The notes beneath the pieces are model-generated. The model was not told where the DNA came from. It did not search any database and was given only the letters and a program-made list of their open reading frames with translations. A DNA stretch of 64,000 bases, taken from positions 2,239,544-2,303,543 of the forward strand of contig NW_003314269.1 of the NCBI RefSeq assembly GCF_000143415.4, written 5' to 3'. The stretch comes from Selaginella moellendorffii. Taxonomy: Eukaryota; Plantae; Lycopodiophyta. Made by a program: the position numbers and the translations under genes. Of the stretch, positions 12,484 to 24,897 are shown piece after piece (the stretch's first letter is position 1; the number at the start of each line of letters is the position of its first letter).

Positions 12484-14144
12484 ATGGCTTGTGCCATGGC
12501 CCCGAGTTGGGTGTGGCGAGGAAAAGAGAGAAAGATACAATGCAGGGCAGTGGCACAAGAGCAGCAGAAAAAGGAGGAGAAAAATCCCAAGCTGGTGACT
12601 TTCATTGGGAAAGGAGGAACTGGCAAGACAACCTGTAGCGTCTTGGCTGCTCAGGTACTACCATAGCTTTTCCATGAATTCTCGTAACTCTTGGAACTCT
12701 ATCTAGTTCTACGCCAGCATTGGCCTTCGGACGTGTTTAGTGATTCAGTCCCAGGATGTTACTGCTGATTTTCTTCTGGGTCATCAGCTCAAGCACCAGC
12801 CTACGAAAATTCTTGAGAATGGATCTCTCACAGCACTTCGACTCGAGACTACCAAGGTTTGCGTTCTATAGTTTTGTTTTTCTCAGTCGAGGTGGCTTTG
12901 GTCTTTCGCTTGCAGATTTTAGCACAGCCTTTGGAGCAAGTCAAGAAAGCGGACGGTCGAATAAGTTTCAGCCAAGGAGCTCTTCAGACGGAGGTTTGTT
13001 TGTGTTTTCGAGAACTTGTTATGTTTTTTTGTTTTTCTGGAGATGATGAGAAGTGTTTGGAACAGAGAAGGTTGCTGGTGAGGAGCTGAGCGTGTTGCCG
13101 GGCATGGATTCGATCATGGCTTTGTTCGTTCTGGACCAGCTGTGTGGCTTTGCTCGCCGGTTTTTTCCAAAACGCTCGAAAGTTTTCAAGCCCGAGTACG
13201 ACGTTGTCGTCTACGACGGCCCAAACAGCGATGAGACTCTAAGAATGTTTGGATGTGCTGAAAGACTAAGGTAAGCCAAAAGCTTTCCAAACTTTGGAAG
13301 TTTTTCCTTCACGTACTTTTGATCCGCAGGTGGTACATGAATCGGTTTAGAAGCATTGCCGAGAAGACTGATATTGGAAGAGTCGTACTTCCTTCCATTT
13401 TGAGACTCGCCGAAGCTTCACTGCTCGAAGATTTGTCGACTGAAAGATCAACTTCGGAGCTTTGGGAGCTAGCAAACACTGTTCTCCACGTAAAACACAC
13501 ATTTTCTATTTCTTTTCAGCTAAAAGTCTCTCGTTTCTTTGTTTTCCAGGGAGTTGAGCAGAACTTTGCCAATCCCAACACATTCTCCAGCTACATTGTG
13601 ACCGATCCAAGGAGCAAACTGACAGAAAAAACGGCTCTCCGGTACTGGGGTTGTGCTGTGCAAGCCGGAGTTCACGTTGCCGGAGTCGTCCACCACCAGA
13701 ACTCCAGGGCTCAAACTTGGAAAGAAGGTTTCTCTTCTCTGCCCGTGGCTTCCATTCCAGAACTAACCTTCGGTGAGAGTCCACCCAGCTGGGAGCAAAT
13801 TCTTTCGAGCCTCGACAAACAAACTTGCGAAGTATTGCGGGGAGATGGCTCGTCGGTTTCGACCCCGCCAGTTTCGCTAGATCACTCGTCTGGGACAGTC
13901 ACTTGTTTCTTGCCAGGATTTGACAAAGCCGACGTCAAGCTCTCCCAGGTAAGCCACTGTTCCTCGATTCAATCCTTCCTGAAGGAAAGAAAGAAACGGT
14001 TTTGTTTTCCAGCTGAAACGATCGGAGCTGCTGCTGGATGCCGGAGATCAGAAGAGAGTGATCAAGCTCCCGCCGCAAATGCACGGCAAAGTTAAGGGAG
14101 CAAAGTTCCAAGACAAGAGTCTGATCATCCAAATGACCGCCTAA
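12484..14144 (+). CDS. GET3D: Chloroplast ArsA/GET3-family ATPase with C-terminal HSP20-like domain (GET3d/At1g26090-like)
   Basis: P-loop [14 protein letters not shown]; [12 protein letters not shown]; YDVVVYDGP; [12 protein letters not shown]; C-terminal [14 protein letters not shown]...[15 protein letters not shown]; stop at 14142-14144. Confidence 0.88.
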
Positions 14145-14205
14145 AGAACAATGGAAGAGTTTTGCCAGTCTCTGCGAAGATCGAACGAGAAAATGGATTT
14201 TGCTT

Positions 14206-17010
14206 CTAGTCACCTCCATTCGCGTAGCAGCTCTGGTCGGCAACAACGTTTGCAAAGGCGACATACCTCCCAGAGTTCTTCGCGTCGGCAGCCACAGCGT
14301 GGCTGGAAATCCTCTTGGCTCGCTCCAAATCCCCCTGGGTTCCACAGGCAGTGAGGAGCGACCCCCACGCAACATCGTTTGGGAAGAAAGGCATGGCTTT
14401 GATGAGCTCCTCTGCGAGCTCGAGCTGGCCCAACCTCGACACGATATCAACCATCCACTGGTACTGCTCGCGGCCGGGCCTCACCCCCAGATCTCTCGCC
14501 AGTAGCACGAAGTAGCTCGAGGCCTCCTCGAGCAAGCCAGTGTGGCTGCAAGCGCGAAGAACTCCCGAGAAGGTGGTGGCGTCGGCTTTGATCCCGTGGA
14601 GAAGCATTGAGTGGAAGTGCTGGAGCGCAGATTGGCCGCAGTGAGAGTGAGCGAAACCGGCGATGATCGCGTTCCAAGACGTGAGATTGGGACGCGGGAT
14701 GTTGTCGAAGATCTCCAGCGCTTGCGAGAGATGCCCGGCCTGGGCAAAAGCCGCGAGGATCGTGTTCCACGCGACGATGTCTTTGTGGGGTGTTTGATCG
14801 AAGAGCTCGCGCGCGGGGCCGAGATTGGACGCGCGGGCGAATCCAGCCACCATTGCCGTGTAGCTAGCTGCGTCCTTCTCTTCCATGGATTGGAAGATTT
14901 CCAGAGCTCGCTCCATCTCGCCGATCTGGGCGTGCCCGGCGAGCACTGCGTTCTTGGCGCCAATTGTTTCAAACCCCGGTGGTATATTCTCCAAGAGCTC
15001 TTCCGCCATTTCAAGATTCCCGCGCTGGGCGAACCCGCCGATCATGGCCGTCCACGTGGCCGCGTCGCGGGAATCCGACGGCATCGCGTCGAAGAGGGCC
15101 CTCGCCTCGCCAAGGTTGCCATTCTCTGCGTAGGCCGCGATCAAGGCGTTCCAGGCTATGGGCGATCGATCGCTAGCAGCGCTTTGCTCGAAGATCCTCC
15201 TCGCCTCTTTCAGCTGCCCCCGATTCGCGTAGCCCTGGACAATCGCCGCCCAGGCCCCCGACGCCTGCTCCGGAGCCTCGTCGAAGATCGAGCGCGCCTC
15301 CTCGAGATCGCCGAGCTGCGCGACGGCAGCGATCATCGCGACCCACGAGCCCCGATCGCGTTGCGGCATCGCGAGGAAGACGCTCCTGGCGCAATCGAGG
15401 TCCCTCTCGCCGCGCGAGCAAGCGCCCAGCAGAGCATTCCACGAGAGGACGTTCCTCTCCGGCATGGAATCAAAGAGCTCCATCACCCGCGAGAGAGGCA
15501 GATGATCCGCCCGCCCGATCGCCGCCAGGAGCACCGTCCAGGCCACCACGTCCCTCTCCGGCATCGCCCAGAAGAGGCTCTGCGCTTGCTCGATCCGGTC
15601 GGCCTCGCAAAACCCCGCCACCATCGTCGTGTAGGAGAAAGAATTCCTGCAAGGCATCGCCAAGAACACTCTCTCGGCATCTTCCAGAAATCTACGACCT
15701 CTCTGCGCGAATCCCTGGAGCATCGTCGCCCAGGCCACCCCATCTCTCCTCTCCATGGCATCAAACACGGCCTTTGCTCGATCGATCGCGCCGGAAGAGA
15801 GCAGCGCTCGAAGCATCGCCGTGTGGGCGACAGTATCCTTAAGCTGCTCGGGCATGGCGGCGAAGAGCTCCTCCGCGGCGGCAAAGTGGCGGCGCTGCGC
15901 GAGCGAGGCGATGGCAGAGGTCCAGGAGAAGGAATCCGGCTGTGGGATCCGGTGGAAGAGCGCCCGCCCCTCCTCGATCATGCCTGCGGTGATTGTCGCT
16001 TTGACAAGCTCGTTCCACGCAACAACACTGTGTTTAGGCATTCGATCAAAGTGATTTTTCGCGGCGGAGATGTCTTCGTTGGAGCAAAACGCCGCCAGCA
16101 TTGCTGTCCACGAGACAAGATCACGCTTCTCCATGGAATCGAAGGCGTGTTTCGCGGCAAGCATTTGCCCCGCTTGGGCATTTGCTATGATCATCGTGGT
16201 CCACGCAACGTGATCCTGGTAGAGCATGGTTTCAAAGATCATCTTCGCCAGATCGTGCTTAGAGTGCTTAACACACGACTTGAGCATTGCGGTTGATGAC
16301 ACTTTGTCCCACATTGGCATGCTCTTGAATACCGAAAGAGATTCCTCAAAATACCCGTTCTCGGCAAATGCATCCGAGAGAGTGATCCAGCTCAGGCAGT
16401 TTCTCTCGCGCATTACATCGAAAACCATTTTGCAAAAAGGTACATTACCGTGCTTGCTAAAAGCAGCTATCATTGTTGTCGCAGACACAACGCAATGGAG
16501 TGGCATGAAATCAAACGCTTTCTTCGCTTCCAGAAAATGCCCCATTTGGGCATTTGCCTCAGCCATGACAGTCCAGGCGATTTCGTTCCTTTCGGGCATA
16601 TGATCAAAGAGGGCCTTGCTCTCAAGCCAAAGCCCGCGTCCAGAGAAAGCTTTCAACACAGCAGTGGAGCTCAAAACATTTCTCTCCGGCATCAATTCCA
16701 GCAATCTATACGCATCCCACGCATACCCATTCTGGGCATATGCAGTAACGAGCATTGTCCACGAGAAGCTGTTCCGCGCGGCCGTGTTCTCGAACACCAC
16801 CTTCGCGTCTTCCACACTTCCACACTTGCCATACATTTGGAGCACCAGATTCGAGAGAAAAGGTCCCCGGCTGCTGTCATCATGCTCGCTGCGAGAGGCG
16901 AGAATGGCGCCATGGAGCTCTCTCGCTCTTTCCAAATCCCTGGAGCCACCAACAAGCCTCAAGAGCCTCTGCCACTCGAAATCACGGAGCCCTCCTCCAC
17001 CCCCGAGCAT
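14206..17010 (-). CDS. PLS-class pentatricopeptide repeat protein with E domain, no DYW; intronless
   Basis: Long run of ~31-aa repeats (FDxMPERxVVSW); LVLQMYGKCGSVEDA; LRACSHTGLLEEA; AWGSLLTAC. First ATG at 17010. Confidence 0.93.
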   Translation of the reverse strand: MLGGGGGLRDFEWQRLLRLVGGSRDLERARELHGAILASRSEHDDSSRGPFLSNLVLQMYGKCGSVEDAKVVFENTAARNSFSWTMLVTAYAQNGYAWDAYRLLELMPERNVLSSTAVLKAFSGRGLWLESKALFDHMPERNEIAWTVMAEANAQMGHFLEAKKAFDFMPLHCVVSATTMIAAFSKHGNVPFCKMVFDVMRERNCLSWITLSDAFAENGYFEESLSVFKSMPMWDKVSSTAMLKSCVKHSKHDLAKMIFETMLYQDHVAWTTMIIANAQAGQMLAAKHAFDSMEKRDLVSWTAMLAAFCSNEDISAAKNHFDRMPKHSVVAWNELVKATITAGMIEEGRALFHRIPQPDSFSWTSAIASLAQRRHFAAAEELFAAMPEQLKDTVAHTAMLRALLSSGAIDRAKAVFDAMERRDGVAWATMLQGFAQRGRRFLEDAERVFLAMPCRNSFSYTTMVAGFCEADRIEQAQSLFWAMPERDVVAWTVLLAAIGRADHLPLSRVMELFDSMPERNVLSWNALLGACSRGERDLDCARSVFLAMPQRDRGSWVAMIAAVAQLGDLEEARSIFDEAPEQASGAWAAIVQGYANRGQLKEARRIFEQSAASDRSPIAWNALIAAYAENGNLGEARALFDAMPSDSRDAATWTAMIGGFAQRGNLEMAEELLENIPPGFETIGAKNAVLAGHAQIGEMERALEIFQSMEEKDAASYTAMVAGFARASNLGPARELFDQTPHKDIVAWNTILAAFAQAGHLSQALEIFDNIPRPNLTSWNAIIAGFAHSHCGQSALQHFHSMLLHGIKADATTFSGVLRACSHTGLLEEASSYFVLLARDLGVRPGREQYQWMVDIVSRLGQLELAEELIKAMPFFPNDVAWGSLLTACGTQGDLERAKRISSHAVAADAKNSGRYVAFANVVADQSCYANGGD

Positions 17011-17203
17011 AAACCATTTAAAACGTGGGAGGCTAACAACTTGCAAGTTTGACTATTTTGAGAACGAAGCTCATGGTGGTCTCGAGCAATACTTCCAGAT
17101 CAAAGCTCTCAAGCAACGATGGCTAGAAAAGAGATCAAGTGATCGACCCAAAGAGCTTATTGCATAGCCAAGAGGAGCTCTTGCTGGGCTATATACACAA
17201 AGC

Positions 17204-17974
17204 TCAGAGGTAGTGGTGGAAGATCTCCCAGAGCGGCGAGACGAAGAGGAGGAGGATGCCAATGGTGTTTGGGATGCCGTTTTGGGCGGCGAACGCCTTG
17301 CGGAAGCCACCGGCATTGTTGATGTGCTGGACGAGGAGGTAGCAGCCGATTGCCAAGCTCACGATTATCCCAGCCAAGCTGTTCCTCACCGAGTTGGCCA
17401 GGAGGTTTGGAGCAACGACGATGAGGAGGATGAGTGACACGGGCAGCTCCGCTTCCTCTGCGAAGGTTACAAGAACTCAAAACTCAAGAAACTTGAATGC
17501 TTTTCTGGTTCAAGTACCTGGGAACTTTCGGGGGATGAAGAGACGGACAATAACAGTGATGAGGGAAATCCACTTGCCGACCTCGCCCCTGTCACACTAA
17601 ATCGTGAAACCGAAGTAGAAGAACTTGGAAAACTAGCACCTGAAGAAGCCGAAGAGGATTGGAGGAAGGTTGAGCCAGATGTAAGGCACCAGCAGCCCGG
17701 TCAGGAGATCAGTCTTCCAGTGGGTTCTATCCACAACAATGAGGAATCTGCGCAAGCCAAGATCATCCAAGCAAGTGAGAACTCAGGGAAAAAACACCTG
17801 TGTGACTTACATGGCAGCTATGGTTGCAAGCCATCTCAGGAATCCAAAATGCCCCGCAGAAACGGTAGCGGCGAGCTGGATCCCGATATCACGGGACGCG
17901 GTGCCAATGGCCCTCAGATCCTGGTATATAGCCTCCGAAGGCTGCACTTGGAGCAAGTTCCTGTGATAGACCAT
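17204..17974 (-). CDS. COR413: Cold-regulated 413 plasma-membrane protein
   Basis: Spliced product contains FLRWLATIAA, TNWKTDLLTGLLVPYIWLNLP, GEVGKWISLITVIVRLFIPRKFP and IGCYLLVQHINNAGGFRKAF. Confidence 0.92.
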
Positions 17975-18346
17975 GGTGGCTTTTCGATCAATCGACCTGG
18001 AAAAGAACAAAAACTCGGCAATCAGCGCATTAAGAGCCGAAGGACTTACTCTGCGAGTAGTGTCCCAAGCTCGCTTGCCCCTCTTGTGACACGAAAAGAT
18101 AGATATAGCGTCACTGTAACGTGATAAGCGTATCTTTAGACTCTCTTAAGCGACTGTTTATCACACCTTTCGACGAGTATGATAAAACTTGACGGAAGTA
18201 ATATGATGCCGACACGGCGAGTGGATGAATCCCAAAAACGTGGCGAGCGGAAATCGCCACAGCTGTATCGTAGTCAAAAAATTTGGCAGTCCCACATGGA
18301 TCACGCTGGATTGCCCGATGACAAAGTTGGACAGCTGCTTAAACTT

Positions 18347-21300
18347 CTATTTGAGCAAGAAAAACGGCTCAAAATCCGGGCAGTAGCTGTCATGCATGGA
18401 AGCTCGGAAAGAATCGGCAACCAAGTTCATGCCGGTGCTTTGCTCGACCGCTTGGAGTAATCTGGAGAGCAAGTTAGAAATCATGGGACTCAGAGGTACC
18501 TCATTTAGCGATGTCAGCTCCAAAAGACTCCCTTTTAGAGCTTGCAGGGAGCTTAAAGACGAGTTTCCTGTGGTTTTCGGTGTTGATAGCACTAATAATC
18601 CGAGCAAGGTCCTGTATAGGTGCTTGAACACGTCCTGGTGGTTTGTTATGCCTCCGACCCAGTGCGTTGATCGCTGGAGCTCCAAACACCACTTTGCACA
18701 AGCCACTGCCTGGTCCAGGAATTTGCCTCGCCATTTGGTGACAAACTCGGTCGAGTGTTCCGGCGAGTCGAGGAAGCTTTCGATGTGCGAGCAGCAAAGT
18801 TGGACCACCAGTAGCTGCTCCTCGTGGTGGTTATCGAGCTCTTTGTCGAACAGCTTACGGACCAAGTCTGTGTTCTGGAGGCCTCCAAAACGAGAGCTGT
18901 CGTCGCCCAGTATCCACCCAGCAAGAAAGTCGTAGAAGAAATCGCATTCCTGGAACTGGAGCTTCAGGAATGCGAGGCTCGTTTCCAGCACCCTCTCCAC
19001 TTGAGCTGGAACGCTAGCATGCGGAGCTTTGAAAACGGGTACCATGACGTCCTGGAGGGCTAACGCAAGCTGCTGGCGTAGAACAATGTCTTCGTCCTCC
19101 AAAAGGTTGATGGTTACCGACCAGACGCTCAGAACTATTTTCCTGTACCACTTCAACCTCGGAGACACTGCCACCATCCTGGTATTCTCCCTGAGCCACT
19201 TAGACTCCTCCAAGCACCTCGAGGAGATTATTGCCGAAGAAATCGCTCTCCTCAAGTTTACAGGCTCGCTGGCCGCACTGTGGCGTCGTATCAGATCGTT
19301 CCATGTCTCGAGCACCCCGCGAAAGACTTCCCAGTCGGAGTCGTCCAAGTCCCTGTCCACCATCTCGGCCTTCATTGAGACGAGAAGGTGTTGCATGCAA
19401 TTGCCGAGACAACGTACTGCAGATTCCCTTGTCTTGGAGACCTTGGAGGTGTTGTAAATTCCGAGTAACGTGTTCCATATCTTGAAAGGGTCCTGCTGAG
19501 GATCGTTGCCAACTGCGAGAAGGTTCCATCTCAGAAAAACCTGTAATATGCGCTTGACGCATCTGGGATGAAGCTCCGTATATAAACGCTCTGCTAGCAG
19601 GCCACGCAACATTCTCGCGTCCAACTGTGTGAAAGCAACAGCGAAATTTTCGTTTACTTGTTGTGTCGAGAATGACTTTAGCGCCTTCAGTGTTGCCAGT
19701 CTAACCTCGTACATCTTGTCAGCCAGCGCTTCTCGTAAAGTCGTATAAAATGTTTTCGTGTCCGTTGTCATTGCTGCTGCAGACTGATCCAGTGTCTGGT
19801 ACTGGCCCGAAGCGGTATCAGCGTTAGAAGTTTGCCAACCTCGCAGAATTGTGCTGAAGTAGATATACGCAGCTAGTCCTTTCAAATCCACAAGCGTCGA
19901 GTCCCACGGCTTTGCGGAACTGTCGCTATGGCTGATACTTTGGCTGCTGAGGTGCAAAAGTACCGGCCGGAGTTGTTGCATGGTTTCCCGCACTGATGGC
20001 ACCTGTTGGCACTGATAAGCAAGTTCCAGAAGATCTTGTAAAACTCCAAGAAATGCTGCAACCGCTATAAAACACGATGTCCGGTTTATCGTGCCAAGTA
20101 GTGTGCACTCTTTGATCCTGTCGAAAACCTGCACCACGATCTGTCCCTGCTGTTCCTGCTGGGATACCTCCGTACAGTTGGATTTAAGAAGCGATGATAG
20201 CTGCAGTAAAACGCCGTGGATGGTGTTGTAACGCACTGGCTGCTTCGATAACTGGCAACAGAGCTCCAGCAGAACGTTCAAAAGGTTCTCCGCGGTGACA
20301 AGCGGTGCTAAAGCACGAGATGCGAGAACTCGGAGCTTTAAATTGCACTGAGTTGCACAACGCACGACGGACGGCATGAATGCTGAAGGGCTCAGCCAGT
20401 CGTCCGTCCTTGTGTTGACAATCGATGGCCTCAGACGCGACAGAATCACCAGAATCGGTGCAAGGCTCGGATGAAGCCGGCTTTGCGTCACCCCCTGTTG
20501 TAAGTTCATGGTAGCACATTCTAGTTCCTCCAGAAGGAACGGATGAAGAGCGGGATACCTGAAATCGAAACATGTAATAGATCAAGAAACGAGCCTAACC
20601 ATACCTGTTAAAGAACTCAAAACCAGTAATAGCACGACGTGCTGTAGCCTGCTTGTGTACGTTTAGAAATCCAACGATACGATGTAGTAGCGCAGTGAAA
20701 GCGAGTGTAGCACTGTTCCGGACTTGCCAATAAGGAGAAGCAAATGCTTTGATGGCAACTATCAAAGCTTCAGCGCAAAATCCAGACGTATCAGTTGATA
20801 AGTTCGTGTCGTTGAAAGTTACTCTGAGAGTGTTGAAGGCGTGCACGACAGGCACCACATCTTTACTGGTCGAGGAGTCGAGAAATTGTTTGATGTTGTC
20901 AATCAGCCACCTTAAGCCCATGGGAAGAAGCTTTCTCGGCGCACCGTCGTGTTCCGAAAGAAACAACGCGAGAAACGACGCCGGAATTCCTGCGCTCCTT
21001 CTCAGCAGATCATCGAGCGATTGGTCCTTGAGAACAGTCCGTTTCATAAGTTGCTGCATCCAAATCTCAGGCATCTTGCTTAACCTGTAAAAACACAGAT
21101 TAGTCCGAGTTTGATGAAGAACGAACCACCTGACCTTGTGTCGCTTGAGAGCAGTAAACGATTGCACAGAGCGACAAAGCCAACTCGAGTTTTGTCAATA
21201 GCGCCATTATGCTTCATAGCAAGAAGCACTTGCAAAAAATGCTGACCGATTTCTTCAAGCTGTGCAGACTCCAACATAATAATCTTCGATTCTTCTAAAG

Positions 21301-24300
21301 ACTGGAGAACACCATTTCCAGTCCTAGCGTTGTAGCTACAACCGGGTAGTGGTGCCCCTCGTGCAACAGTCCCTAGGAGCAAGCTGACCTGAAAAAAGTT
21401 AAGCAAAGAAAAATAGAAAGAAAAAACTTTCACGTACCTCTTTCATGGATAGCCAGCAGCCTACCATAACCATCTGTTCCAGTGGAGCCAAAAGGCTAGC
21501 ATCGTCATCTCCACCAATGCCATCATCATCACCTTCGATATCATCAGAATCAGACACAGGTAGATCCTCAACGTCCTCGTCCAAGCCTTCATACTCTTTC
21601 TCCTTGAGGTTGAGAGCATCGACTGATACAACCCAGAGAGCTAGAGACGTAACCTTCAACAGGAGCTTAAAAAGCCTTTCACAGGCCCTGCGAAGCCCGG
21701 CGACATTGGCCCTCACTCCATCAGAAATCCAATCCAGCTCGCTGAAAGTGTAACGGAGCGTGAGTAGAACCCCGTGCACAAAGCTATGCTTGCAAGCCGT
21801 CACGAGGTTCCTTTCACCTTCCAAAACCCCAGCCTCGAGCCAATCGTTGAGTGACTCGATGTAGCAAACAATCTGATCCCCAGAAACAGGCTTCGTCTGC
21901 ACAGCCTCAGCTTCTGGATGTAGTGAAACTCTCCATCCGAGCTCGCAGACGTACTTTCGAAATATGAGCCTCAACACAAGCGCTCCTGCATCGCTTTCTC
22001 TGACACGAGGACTATTCGCAAGAACTTTTCCCCATTGTAACACCTCCGCCACCTTCTCTTGTGCTTCTAAGCCCGGTAATGGAGTGGGATAGCGTAGAAG
22101 TATCTTGTAGGCGCTCTCTCTGAGACGGTCCCAGCTATCCACGACAGCACCGAGAAGAACCATCGTGTAGTCTGCCGAGAAGAGCTCCTTTCCATACGGC
22201 GAGAAGTTTTTCTTGGACTGCAGCTGATCCGTCGTGGGCCAAACGTCGAGTAGTACGTTGAGTATTTCCATCGCCATGTACTTCCGCTCGTAAGGAGCTG
22301 ACGGGTACAAGGATGAAACCAGCAGCCGCGTCAACCATTGCATGAACGCCTGCATCTCTGCGAGCGTCACCACTGAGCTGTCGAGCTTCCTCTGAATAGC
22401 TCCATTCGCCTGTTCTCCATTCCTGTAGCCGCCCTTTGATGATTCCAGTTTCATCTGCCTGTCAGTCGCCACCCGAACTCTGCTGAAAAACTTCTTGAGC
22501 AAACTCGTCCATTTCATCCGGAAAGCTGTCGAAGAGCACCTCATGTTCAAAGGCATTGCCACCCTCAAAAGATGCAGCTCGAAAGGTGAAGGCATCACCG
22601 CTGTCTTGGGATTCAAGCAAATAAGCTCCGCAGAATCCACCCGTAAACCTTCTTCGAGATGAGTAAGCCCGAGCTCTAGAAAAGATATTGGTGCGTAAAC
22701 GGCCACACCTTTCACCAGAAACGTCATCTCCGACGCACTTCCAGACGCCCTGATTTCGTTTTCTATCAGAGCTAATCCCCGAGCGACCTTGATAAGAGAC
22801 ACAAACAAGGCCACCCGTTGGTTCTGCGTAAAAAAATCTGGCATTCCAGCAGCACCCCGCAAGTCCTCCCATGATGGCACCTCACGAACAGCCAAGCCAT
22901 CTAAAACGAACCCCAGCATCTGTAAAAGGCTATCGCTGTCAATCTCCAGTGCCACCGAAAGTGCGTACGTGTGTAAGTTGATCCGAAGTCTTGGGTTTCC
23001 AGCAACGACGCCAGCCACCATCGGAGGAACCCAAAGTTGCCGAAATCGTATGCTTCCCTGCGTAACGCCTTCGTTGTTCCAGCACTCGTCGCGAAGCCGC
23101 TCCAGGAACAGCTTTAAAAACGAGCTTGCTGCGCAGCAAACTCCATCATCGGACATGGCGTGAATGGTCTGGAAAAGAAGGCCCGGGCACATCTCCAACA
23201 GCGTCTGAGCTCCAAGTCGCAACGCCAACGTAGCCAGAGGAACATATCTTCCTTTCCGGTGTCCACCAACTGTGAGGAGATCGTTCGCAATCTGATGCAA
23301 AAAAGACTGCGTGCCATTTTGTGCCTGTGCCGTTTCACCGCCTTCACTTGATGACGAAGATTGCAAGTCCGCAAGTAAGTCGAAAACCATCTGGACCTGC
23401 CGGACGGTCTGATTGAGAGGGTCTTCCCAGTTGTTCCAAATGATCTGCATAACTCTGCTCGTCATCGTCGGAGAAAATGGCGTCGCTGGAGCAGTAAAAG
23501 CTGCTCCTTTGACGCTGCGGAGCTCGTCAATCGCGGCTGCTGTAACGTTGCCCAAGATCGACGCCTTGATCTGTTGTAGACATATCTGGAGCGCAGTCAT
23601 ACCATGGAACTTGAAGTGGCTGTCGAAGGAGCTCTCCGTTGCGGCACAGAGAGCTGGCAAGATCCCATCGTATAGAAGTGTCCACACCACCAAGTTGGAG
23701 GTTCTTCGACCATCTTCTTCTACCGTCACCTTTTTGAGCAGGCAGTAATTCAAAACCTCTCGAGGAGCAGCTGTGAGAAGTCCTCGAAGTACGCACAGCC
23801 GACCAAAATCCGTGAACTTCTCGGCCTCCTCGGCCATAGTCGAGCGACGTAATCTGTGAATCACGCTCTCTAGCTTGCCTTGTTCGCTATTATCCCTGCT
23901 AAACTCCTCCTCTTCCACGGCACAATACTGTGAATTCACCTCTGGGAAGAGAGCCTCGGCGAGCATCAACACCAGTCTCGACCGCGAGCTCGACATCTGG
24001 GCAGTAGCACACAAGCAAACCCCCGCCGCTACCACGCAGTCCCGGGACATGAACGAGCTTTGCAAAACATCCAGCGAAGTCACCACCACGTCCCCAAAAG
24101 CCTGGCTTCCAAAGTCCTGGGACGAGTTCTGGAGCATGTAGTAGACCGTGGACATGGCGTCCTGGCAATCCTCCATGAGCGATGGAGTGGCATTCTCACC
24201 ACTCTCCGACCGCCTCAACACGTCCCGGACGTCGAAGCTGGCGCTGGAAGCTATCAGCGTAGAGCACTTGCGAACCACGTCCTTGAGTAGCCCCGGCTTT

Positions 24301-24740
24301 GGCAAGCTCGCGAGAGAGAGCCCCACCGCCACCAGCGCAAATCTTCTCTCATTCAAGCCCCCCAGTCCATAATCCGCACAACACCGCTGGAAAATCTCCT
24401 CTAGAACCTCGCGACACTGCTGGAATTGCGTGAGAGCCGAGAGCATCGTACGGTGGACGGGCCTGGATCCCTCCTGGAACAAAATCTCCACGAACACCGA
24501 CAATGCCACGGCCAGCGCCTCGGATTCTACCCCTGCGACTGCCTCTAGCGCTGCTACGAGGCGCTTGGCGCCGGATACCTGATCAAACGTGTTTCCCAGC
24601 GAGCTCCACTCGCGCAGAGCCGTGCAGAAAGAAGAGATCCTCGCGTCCGCGCCGGCACGAGAGATTAGAGAGGAGGGGAGCAGCACCGCGCTGTGCTGCC
24701 ATCGCTGCTTCCGCTGCTGCGCCTTCCATTTCGCGGCCAT
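18347..24740 (-). CDS. THADA: THADA/TRM732 homolog (DUF2428 HEAT/ARM protein, tRNA 2'-O-methylation cofactor), 4 exons
   Basis: MAAKWKAQQRKQRW start; SSLYPSAPYERK; VGCWLSMKEV; MKHNGAIDK; LRRSAGIP; VHAFNTLR; WQVRNSATL. Exons approx. 24740-21439, 21388-21134, 21085-20606, 20558-18347. Confidence 0.93.
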
Positions 24741-24747
24741 TGTCCAA

Positions 24748-24801
24748 GAACCCTAATCTAGTGGCATTTAGGGTTTTAGGGCATATGCATTTTAGGGTTT
24801 A
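24748..24801. promoter_or_regulatory. Telo-box-like motifs (AAACCCTA/TAGGGTTT) in the short divergent THADA/PQQ-gene promoter
   Basis: aaccctaa at ~24749 and tagggttt at ~24769 and ~24793. Telo-boxes are typical of promoters of translation and RNA-modification genes. Confidence 0.5.
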
Positions 24802-24897
24802 CGAACTTACAAATCTCATTCGTCTTTAATGTCAATGACGGTTGTAGCTATCTTGGACTTTCCTTTATAAAAATCCATTCCTTGATGGATCAGTTCA

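Noticed and set aside
14611-16296. 561-aa plus-strand ORF
   Set aside because: Antisense shadow of the GC-rich PPR gene; Arg/His-rich with no domain and a non-ATG start.
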